A stretch of 64,000 bases of DNA from assembly GCA_963675295.2 (NCBI GenBank), contig CAXXKJ010000002.1:288001-352000 (forward strand). Direction: 5' to 3'. Source of the stretch: a bacterium (GTDB lineage: Bacteria; Electryoneota; Electryoneia; Electryoneales; Electryoneaceae). Numbering within the stretch: the stretch's first letter is position 1; each line of letters starts with the position of its first letter. Below the pieces are notes generated by a model that was not told where the DNA came from, did not search any database, and worked only from the letters and a program-made list of their open reading frames with translations. This document shows positions 56,707 to 64,000 of the stretch, in pieces. The translations under genes were made by a program, and so were the position numbers.

Positions 56707-58029
56707 TCACGAAACCGCCACATCCGGCGTCAGTTTCGCACCCTTCAATTCCTCACGGATCTGATCCATATCCACCGGGAATTCACGCGGATCGGAGATC
56801 TTTCCGGTCAACGCGGTCGCGGCGGCGGTGTGCGGGCTGGCGAGGTACACTTCCGATTCCGGGTTGCCCATCCGGCCGCGGAAGTTGCGGTTCGACGTCG
56901 CGAGCGATTTTTCAGCGTTTGCCGGAACGCCGAGGTGGTTGCCCATGCACGGTCCGCAGCCCGGTGTTGACAAGGTCGCGCCGGCGTTGATCAGCTTCGG
57001 GATGTAGCCGAGGTTCATCGCGTCGAGCATCGTCCGGCTGCTGGCGGGAATGACCACCAGGCGCGTTGTGTTTGCGATATGCTTACCGTCGAGGACATGC
57101 GCGAGGATCGCGAGATCGTCGAGGCGGGCGTTGTTGCACGTGCCGACGAACACCTGTTCGATCGTTTCTCCGGCGAGGTCGGTCACCGGCATCACGTTGT
57201 CCACCGTGTGCGGTGCGGCGACTTGCGGCACCAGCGTCGACAGGTCAAAGTCGAGGATTTCGTCGTAGTCGCAATCCTCATCAGAGAAGACCGGCGTATA
57301 GTTTGTCTTCGCCCGGCCTTCGAGGTAATCGTACACGATCTGGTTCGGCGGAACGTAGCCGACTTTCGCGCCCATTTCGACGGCGAGGTTGCAGATCGTC
57401 ATCCGTTCCGACACGCTGAATTTCGCCGCCGCCGGACCGGTAAACTCGATCGCACGGTAAAGCGCGCCGTCCGCACGGATCGTGCCTGTGATATGCAGCG
57501 CGACATCCTTGACGTACACGCCTTCCGGCAGTTCGCCGTTGAGGTTCATCCGCATCGTTTCCGGGACACGGAACCAGATCTTTCCAGTTGCCATGATCAC
57601 GGCGGTTTCGCTGCGGGTGACGCCGGTTCCGAACGCGCCAAACGCGCCGTAGGTCGTCGAGTGCGAGTCCGATCCGGTCATCACGGTGCCCGGCAGGCAG
57701 TGTCCGTTTTCCGCCATCACCTGGTGGCAGATGCCATTGTTGATGTCGTAGAAATTCTTGATCCCGTGCTTGCGGACGAATTCCCGGATCACCTTGTGGT
57801 TGTTGGCGAAGGTGGCATTGGCCGGCGGCACGCAATGGTCAAGCACGACAAGGTGGATGTCTGGATCGTACAGCTTGTCGACACCGATTTTCTCGAACGT
57901 TTTCGAGATTGCGGCGGTGTTGTCGTGGCTCATCGCGACATCGGGGATCACTTCGACGATCTGCCCGGGCACGACCTCGTCCAACCCACTGTACTTCGCG
58001 AGGATCTTTTCGCTGAAAGTTTTGCCCAT
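56707..58029 (-). CDS. leuC: 3-isopropylmalate dehydratase/homoaconitase large subunit (LeuC type 2/HacA)
   Basis: MGKT..EKIL, DH, GICHQ, DSHS.T.GA, GTCNN.R, GCGPC.G, SNRNF.GRMG; exact substrate uncertain. Confidence 0.8.
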   Translation of the reverse strand: MGKTFSEKILAKYSGLDEVVPGQIVEVIPDVAMSHDNTAAISKTFEKIGVDKLYDPDIHLVVLDHCVPPANATFANNHKVIREFVRKHGIKNFYDINNGICHQVMAENGHCLPGTVMTGSDSHSTTYGAFGAFGTGVTRSETAVIMATGKIWFRVPETMRMNLNGELPEGVYVKDVALHITGTIRADGALYRAIEFTGPAAAKFSVSERMTICNLAVEMGAKVGYVPPNQIVYDYLEGRAKTNYTPVFSDEDCDYDEILDFDLSTLVPQVAAPHTVDNVMPVTDLAGETIEQVFVGTCNNARLDDLAILAHVLDGKHIANTTRLVVIPASSRTMLDAMNLGYIPKLINAGATLSTPGCGPCMGNHLGVPANAEKSLATSNRNFRGRMGNPESEVYLASPHTAAATALTGKISDPREFPVDMDQIREELKGAKLTPDVAVS

Positions 58030-58351
58030 GCTTGCCTCAACGCTCGGGTGACTGGTTTTTGCGGATACGAAGCCGGCGGGGGAAAGGGATCGTTACACGC
58101 TGGATCGCCCGCCGGGAAGCTGAATGTACGGCTCTACCTCAACCGGCGCAAAAGGCTCAGGGATCGCTGGCGCCGCGCCCTCATCGATTGTCACATTGTA
58201 CGCTAAACAATTCGTAACACTCTTGTTATACAGTGCGCCGGAATAGCGGGATTTTCGCTCGAAACAACGTGAGGATTGTGTTAGCGGGAGCCGTGTAAAA
58301 CGGGTATCTTTTGTTCGCGAACCAATCCTCCCTCGGAGACAGGAACCTCCC

Positions 58352-60727
58352 ATGGCAAAGGCAGATTTACACGTTCATTCCAAGTTTTCCAACCGGCCAT
58401 CGGAATGGGTGCTGCAGCGGCTTGGCGCGGCACAGAGCTACACGGAGCCTGAAACCGTGTACCAGCGTGCCAAGGAAGCGGGCATGACCTATGTCACCAT
58501 CACCGACCACAACACGTATGAAGGGTCGGCGATCCTTGCGCAGAAGTATGACGACGCGTTCACCGGCGCCCAGATGACAACGTACTTCGAGGACGGCTGC
58601 AAGATTCACCTGCTGGTCTGGGGTTTCAATCCGGTCCAGTTCGAGGAAATGCAGACGTTGCGGACCTCGATTTTCGATCTGCGTGAGTATGTTGTGGATC
58701 AGAAAATCACGCACGCAGTTGCGCACGCCACATACAACATCAACAACAAGCTGACCCTTGAACACCTGGAAAAGCTGGTGTTGCTTTTCGACGTGTTCGA
58801 ATCCATGAACGGATCCCAGAACAAGGCGAGCAACAGTTCGTGGTATTATTACCTGAAATACCTGAACGAGGCCAAGCTGGCAGAACTGACGGAACAGCAC
58901 GGTATTCAGCCGCAGACTCCTGATTCCTGGGTCAAGGGCTTCACCGGCGGATCGGATGATCACGCCAACCTGTTCATCGGTAAAACGTACACCATGGCGA
59001 ACTCGGGCAATGTCGAGGGTTTCCTTAAAAGCATCCGGCACCGGAAATCGTTCGCCAAGGGCCGTACCAACGATTTCCACACCCTCGCATTCACCGTCTA
59101 CAAGATCGGGCACGATTTTTCCAAGACGAAAAGCCGTCCGCTCAGCTACACCCCGCTGGCCAGTGTGCCGGACATGATCTTCGGCAACGAAAAGCCGAAC
59201 CTGATCGACAGCCTGCTGGTGCTTGGGATGAAAGCGGATACCGGCTACAAGCGCGACCTTGCGGAGCTGGTGGATGAAATCCGCAAACGCAAGGTGCCCA
59301 ACGTCGAAGACAACATCGATTTCGTCTTCGATCGTATCACTGACATCGTCGACAGCATGATTGCCTCACTGATCGAAACCGTTATCGATAAAACATCATC
59401 CGGCGACCTGTTTTCCGTGGTCAAGGATGTGTCCGCCGCGCTGCCCGGAATTTTCGCGCTGGTCCCGTTTTTCACCAGCCTCAAGGTGATCAACCATAAT
59501 GCGCCGTTGCTGGAGCAGTTGCGCAACGAAGTCCCGGAGCAACGCAACCGTCGCATCTTGTGGTTCACCGACACGCTTGTCGACCTGAACGGTCCCTCAG
59601 TCACGTTGAAGAACATGGGTTGGGCGTTTTATCAGCACGGCATCGACGTCAAGATCGTTACCTGTCTCGAACCCGAGCAGATGACGCCGGATCTGCCGCC
59701 GAACACCGTCAACCTGCCTTATATCTACAAGTTCGAGTTGCCGTATTATGACGCGTACCAGATGAAAATTCCGTCGGTGCTCAAGGCGATGAAAGAGCTG
59801 TATCCGTTCGAGCCGGACGAAGTCTTTATCTCCACTCCCGGTCCGGTTGGTGTGCTGGGGCTCGTGCTCGCGAAACTGCTCAGCATACGAGCCGTCGGGA
59901 TCTACCACACCGACTTCACGCTGGAGCTCAGCGAAATCACCGACATGGACGACAATACGGTCTCCACCGTCGAAGAGGCTGTACGTTGGTTCTACAACCA
60001 GATGGACGAGGTCAAGGTCCCGACCCGGTCGTACATCGAAATCCTCAGCAAGCGCGGAATCTCACCAGACAAGATGTCGGTTTTCCCGCGGTTGATTGAT
60101 CATGAAATCTTCCACCGGCTGCCGGAAAACGAATGGGAGGAGTATCGTATCCCGTTCGACAGCGGTGTGAATTTCCTCTACGCCGGCCGCGTCTCGAAGG
60201 ACAAGAACCTCGAGTTCCTGCTTGAGGTGATTGACGAGATGTACAAGGTGCGGCAGGATATCAACTTCCTCTTTGTTGGTGACGGACCGTATCGCAAGGA
60301 GATGGAGGATCACCTGAAGGGTCATGCGGATCACGTCCATTTCTTCGGTCGTGTACCGCATGACGACTTGCCGAAACTGTATTCCCAGGCGGACGCGTTG
60401 GTCTTCCCCAGTACCACGGACACTTTCGGCATGGTGGTGCTTGAGGCACAGTGTTGTCACCTGCCGGCATTTGTTTCGGACATCGGCGGTCCGAAGGAGA
60501 TTGTGATTCACGAAGAAACCGGCTGGGTGTTGCCGGCGCTCAAGGTGAAGTTGTGGACCGACGCGCTGTTGCAGTACGCGGACGCTGTCTCCAAGGAGAA
60601 GCAGTCGGCGGAAGCGATGCGGCAGGCGGCGGGCGACAACGCGCGTCACCGGTTCGGGTTGCAGGCAGTGCTCAAGGGCCTGACCAGCAGCGAGCTGGTG
60701 CCCCGCCCACGCGAATTGGTCGACTGA
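58352..60727 (+). CDS. PHP-domain/GT4 glycosyltransferase fusion
   Basis: DLHVHS, ITDH, GGSDDH; then DT..D.NG, YHTDF, GRVSK.KN, DTFG.VVLEA. Confidence 0.85.
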   Translation: MAKADLHVHSKFSNRPSEWVLQRLGAAQSYTEPETVYQRAKEAGMTYVTITDHNTYEGSAILAQKYDDAFTGAQMTTYFEDGCKIHLLVWGFNPVQFEEMQTLRTSIFDLREYVVDQKITHAVAHATYNINNKLTLEHLEKLVLLFDVFESMNGSQNKASNSSWYYYLKYLNEAKLAELTEQHGIQPQTPDSWVKGFTGGSDDHANLFIGKTYTMANSGNVEGFLKSIRHRKSFAKGRTNDFHTLAFTVYKIGHDFSKTKSRPLSYTPLASVPDMIFGNEKPNLIDSLLVLGMKADTGYKRDLAELVDEIRKRKVPNVEDNIDFVFDRITDIVDSMIASLIETVIDKTSSGDLFSVVKDVSAALPGIFALVPFFTSLKVINHNAPLLEQLRNEVPEQRNRRILWFTDTLVDLNGPSVTLKNMGWAFYQHGIDVKIVTCLEPEQMTPDLPPNTVNLPYIYKFELPYYDAYQMKIPSVLKAMKELYPFEPDEVFISTPGPVGVLGLVLAKLLSIRAVGIYHTDFTLELSEITDMDDNTVSTVEEAVRWFYNQMDEVKVPTRSYIEILSKRGISPDKMSVFPRLIDHEIFHRLPENEWEEYRIPFDSGVNFLYAGRVSKDKNLEFLLEVIDEMYKVRQDINFLFVGDGPYRKEMEDHLKGHADHVHFFGRVPHDDLPKLYSQADALVFPSTTDTFGMVVLEAQCCHLPAFVSDIGGPKEIVIHEETGWVLPALKVKLWTDALLQYADAVSKEKQSAEAMRQAAGDNARHRFGLQAVLKGLTSSELVPRPRELVD

Positions 60728-60806
60728 CCGCCGGTACCTGGTTGGATAGACCGTACTTAGGTTGATTGGTTGTCACGTCGTGGATCAGGCAGCGATGGTG
60801 CGGAAT

Positions 60807-60938
60807 GTGCCCCTGATGGCTCCGCCAGCAGGGATTATCCGAACGGCCATGTACCACAGTGACGACCGTTGTTTCTGTGATGATCGTTGTCTCTGTGATG
60901 ACTGGTTTGTGTGCCCCGACCAGCTTGCTGATCGGGTT
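60807..60938 (+). repeat. Two TGCCC hairpins bracketing three degenerate 18-nt tandem units
   Basis: Hairpins at 60807 and 60911; gtgacgaccgttgtttct / gtgatgatcgttgtctct / gtgatgactggtttgtgt. Confidence 0.6.
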
Positions 60939-61095
60939 CATCCGGACGTTCAAGGACAACAACCGGTAAGCAGGCGTCAACCGCTGTAGAGAAAGGGGTT
61001 CCCCCGAGGTTCTTACCATGGACTTCAGTCCATGGCAAAGATCTCCGAACGATCAATGCCAACCCCCGGAACACAAGATTCAGGACTCGGAACTC

Positions 61096-62607
61096 GTGGA
61101 TTTCGACATCATCATCATCGGATCGGGCGCGGGCGGCGGCACGGCTGCGTGGGCGCTGTCGAAGGGCGGCAAGCGTGTGTTGTTGATGGAGCGCGGTCGC
61201 CGGTTTGAGGATCCGGAGGCGATGCAGGACGAGGCGGAAACACTGATCCGTATGCGTCCATACGAGAATCGAGATATCTGGATGAATGAGAAGCGCCGCC
61301 GTCTCTATGTCGGTGGCGTAACCGGAGGTGGAACAAGTCTCTACGGTGCGGCGTTGCTGCGTCCCTCTCCTGAAGACTTTCATCCTGGTCGCTACTATTC
61401 ACGCTACTTGCCGCGCCAGCAGTGGGATTGGCCGGTATCTTACGACGATCTCGCGCCATACTATGAGCAGGCGGAGGATCTGTACGGCGTCGCGGCCTCA
61501 ATCGCCGACCCGTTGCTGCACCTGGGTCAGCGAGGAAAGCCGTTCCAGCAGCAGCCCGACCCGTTGGCTCCCATCAGCAAATGGATTGCGCGCGGTGTGC
61601 AACGTCGCGGCTATCACCCGTTCCGGCTGCCGTTGGCGATTGATCGTGCAACCTGCCTGCGTTGCCCCAGCTGCCCGGGCTACTTGTGTCCCACCGGCGC
61701 GCGCGCATCATCTCTGAACCGCTGTATCGACCCTGCGATCCGTGAGTACGGCCTCGAAGTCTGGCACGATACCCAGGCGGAGCAATTGATCCATCAGCGT
61801 AACGGATCCGGCGAGGTTCGTGTCTCAGGGGTGCGGGTAACGCGAAACGGCGAGACGCGTGAGGTGACGGCGGAAAAAATCGTTGTTGCCGCAGGCGCGA
61901 TCGGAACACCGGTGCTGCTGACACGTTCCAGTTTAGGTGCCCGTTCAGGCCAGTTGGGCCGCAATTACATGTACCACGACGGCGGTATCGCGGCGGGGGT
62001 GTACTATCATCCGACCGGCGCGGGTGACAGATTCGGCAAGCAGATCGGGTTTACCGACCTGTATTTCGGCACCGACGAGTTTCCGTTCAAGCTGGGCTAT
62101 GCGCAAGTGTTGCCGGTGCCTGGCCCGAAGACCATTCAGGCGATGCTGCCGTTTCCACTTCCGGACCGGGTTGCGCGCTGGGCGCACGCTCGCATCATCA
62201 CCCTGGCCGGTTCGGTCGAGGATCTGCCGCAGGCGACGAACCGGGTGCAGCTTCGCAGCAACGGATCAATTGTAATTAATCATAAGTTTCATCCGTTTGA
62301 CCGACTGCGGTCGAATTTCTATAAACGGGAAGTCACGAAGATCATGTACGCCGCCGGCGCGCAACTAGTTGTCGGCGCGACGGGCGAGGCGGACGAAACC
62401 CACACCGCCCACCAGGTTGGAACCGCACGTTTCGGCAACGACCCGGAGTTTGCCGTATTGGATGGAAATAACCGGATTTACGGCACGCAGAACGCGTACG
62501 TTGTCGATGGCAGTTTCATGCCGACATCGCTGGGTGTGGGCCCGGCGCTGACCATTATCGCAAACTCACTGCGCGTGAGTGATCATATCCTTGGGGAGGG
62601 AGCGTGA
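61096..62607 (+). CDS. GMC family oxidoreductase
   Basis: IIGSGAGG, GG.T..YGA, AAGA, GRNYM.H, H..GT.R.G, VVDGS; start may be 61018. Confidence 0.9.
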   Translation: MDFDIIIIGSGAGGGTAAWALSKGGKRVLLMERGRRFEDPEAMQDEAETLIRMRPYENRDIWMNEKRRRLYVGGVTGGGTSLYGAALLRPSPEDFHPGRYYSRYLPRQQWDWPVSYDDLAPYYEQAEDLYGVAASIADPLLHLGQRGKPFQQQPDPLAPISKWIARGVQRRGYHPFRLPLAIDRATCLRCPSCPGYLCPTGARASSLNRCIDPAIREYGLEVWHDTQAEQLIHQRNGSGEVRVSGVRVTRNGETREVTAEKIVVAAGAIGTPVLLTRSSLGARSGQLGRNYMYHDGGIAAGVYYHPTGAGDRFGKQIGFTDLYFGTDEFPFKLGYAQVLPVPGPKTIQAMLPFPLPDRVARWAHARIITLAGSVEDLPQATNRVQLRSNGSIVINHKFHPFDRLRSNFYKREVTKIMYAAGAQLVVGATGEADETHTAHQVGTARFGNDPEFAVLDGNNRIYGTQNAYVVDGSFMPTSLGVGPALTIIANSLRVSDHILGEGA

Positions 62608-63377
62608 AACGCATCGTTGTCATTACCGGCATCTCGGGAACGTTGGGTTCGGCGTTGGGACGAGAGTACATCCGGCGCGGCTGGCACGTTATTGGCGTAA
62701 GCAGGCAAAGTGAGCTATCTGGCGATTATTTCAATGAGTTGTGTACGAATGCGCAACAGAGCGCGGAAGATGCTCAAGCGCTGCTCAAACACAATCCAGA
62801 TCTAATTATTATAAATGCTGGGCAAATTGAAACAGAAATCGGTGAAATGGGTGTTCCGCTCACGAGTGTTACAGAATCGATCACTCGTGTGAACTACACG
62901 TTCCCCGCTGTCCTCTCGTTGGAGGCGGCGCAACTGGAACGAAATCGGCCGCTGGACATCATAGCGATAGGGTCGATTGCCGATGGCAGCCCGTCCTGTT
63001 TCGGGCCGGTGTACCACGCGTCCAAGATCGCGCTGCACTATTTCATCAGCGGGGTCGGGCCGATTGTACACAACGCCAACCGGAACATTCGTTTGCGGTT
63101 GTATCGGCCCGGGGCGATCAAGGGGCCTCTCAGTTGGGCTCCGGTGAATCGCCTGAACGAGAAGGGATACAAGATCCGTGCAAAACGTTGTGACGCCGCC
63201 CCGGAAGGGCATGTTGTCGCCCGCACCATCGCACGGTGGATTGATGGCAATGAGTGGGTTGGAACCTACGAAGAGCCATTTAGTTTCAAGATTTTCAAGT
63301 GGCTGTTTGCATTGGCGCCGAACCTGTTCTATAAATTACAGCTTCTCGGATGGCGCAAGGGAAGCAAGTTCGTCTGA
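62604..63377 (+). CDS. Short-chain dehydrogenase/reductase
   Basis: ITG.SG.LG, NAG, GS, YHASK, PG. Confidence 0.85.
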   Translation: MKRIVVITGISGTLGSALGREYIRRGWHVIGVSRQSELSGDYFNELCTNAQQSAEDAQALLKHNPDLIIINAGQIETEIGEMGVPLTSVTESITRVNYTFPAVLSLEAAQLERNRPLDIIAIGSIADGSPSCFGPVYHASKIALHYFISGVGPIVHNANRNIRLRLYRPGAIKGPLSWAPVNRLNEKGYKIRAKRCDAAPEGHVVARTIARWIDGNEWVGTYEEPFSFKIFKWLFALAPNLFYKLQLLGWRKGSKFV

Positions 63378-63378
63378 G

Positions 63379-64000
63379 ATGACGGACGTTGAGTTGAATT
63401 CAGTTGGATCCGCGATGTTTGCTGAGAAAAGTTTAACGTGGAAACGGATGGAGCAGTCGTACGCCGACGCGCTGAAGGTGCCTTTTGACATCACGCGCGA
63501 CCGCTACGTCATCTTCAGCGATCTCCATCTCGCCGACCGCGTTCATGGCATCGATGATTTCGCCCGCAACGAGATGATCTACTGCCATGCCCTGCAGTCC
63601 TACTACGATCAGGATTTCCACCTCGTGTTGAACGGGGACGTGGAGGAAGGCTGGGAAGCCCGCCCGCGCAAGATCCGCCAGGCGTACCGCGACACGGTAT
63701 ACGCGATGGAACGCAAGTTCGCAGACCGTGGCGAACCGTGGCACGTCCGCATTTACGGCAACCACGACAACATCTGGTCCAACCCGGAAAAGGTTCGGAA
63801 GCACTTGTGGCCGGAACTGGGCGAGGTCAAAGTGTATCCGGGCCTGCGTCTCGGTGAGAATATCTTCATCGCGCACGGTCACCAGGGCGAACTGATTTCC
63901 GACTCCGGCGCATGGATCAGCTCCCAGGCGATCCGTTTCGGCTGGCGCTGGTTTCAGCGGCTGACGCGGCTGACGTCGGCCCGTGCTGCGACCAACCACC
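63379..64000 (+). CDS. Metallophosphoesterase (calcineurin-like), truncated by the window end; not in the ORF track
   Basis: Manual translation: FSDLHL, LNGDVEE, YGNHD, AHGHQ; start 63379 or 63415. Confidence 0.85.
   Translation, partial: MTDVELNSVGSAMFAEKSLTWKRMEQSYADALKVPFDITRDRYVIFSDLHLADRVHGIDDFARNEMIYCHALQSYYDQDFHLVLNGDVEEGWEARPRKIRQAYRDTVYAMERKFADRGEPWHVRIYGNHDNIWSNPEKVRKHLWPELGEVKVYPGLRLGENIFIAHGHQGELISDSGAWISSQAIRFGWRWFQRLTRLTSARAATNH

Noticed and set aside
60762-60989. Cys/Asp-repeat peptide (DDRCFCDDRCLCDD) as a RiPP precursor
   Set aside because: The ORF runs through two REP hairpins, has no clear RBS and no maturase is adjacent; better explained as repeat DNA.
63431-63446. Additional parS site (agtttaacgtggaaac)
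   Set aside because: Too many mismatches, and it lies within coding sequence.

Overview
GC-rich chromosomal DNA from a bacterium, most likely an anaerobe of the FCB superphylum (inferred from four secreted proteins with PNPFN-type C-terminal sorting domains and FCB-style lipoproteins). The window lies near the replication origin: it holds rpmH-rnpA-yidD-yidC-mnmE-mnmG-rsmG and one perfect plus one near-perfect parS site, but no dnaA or parAB. Other housekeeping content includes addBA, an MTA phosphorylase, ybaK and a LeuC/HacA-type aconitase subunit. Highlights: (1) a 2-oxoacid:ferredoxin oxidoreductase operon translationally coupled to a HydABC/NuoEFG-like (Bfu-type) module that has bifurcation signatures but no hydrogenase or formate dehydrogenase catalytic domain; (2) a dense family of REP-like hairpins with a TGCCC head (about 20 copies), two of which sit in frame inside a glycosyltransferase gene; (3) a MurG-HEAT-repeat fusion plus MraY outside any dcw cluster, divergent from an O-antigen-ligase-like gene; (4) probable pseudoenzymes (PdxJ-like and 3-hydroxyacyl-CoA dehydrogenase-like); (5) several other repeat families, including heptamer micro-arrays and a recurring TATCGAGATA..TGAGAA motif. 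I saw no tRNA, rRNA, CRISPR array or transposase. All calls come from reading the sequence by eye; no searches were run.
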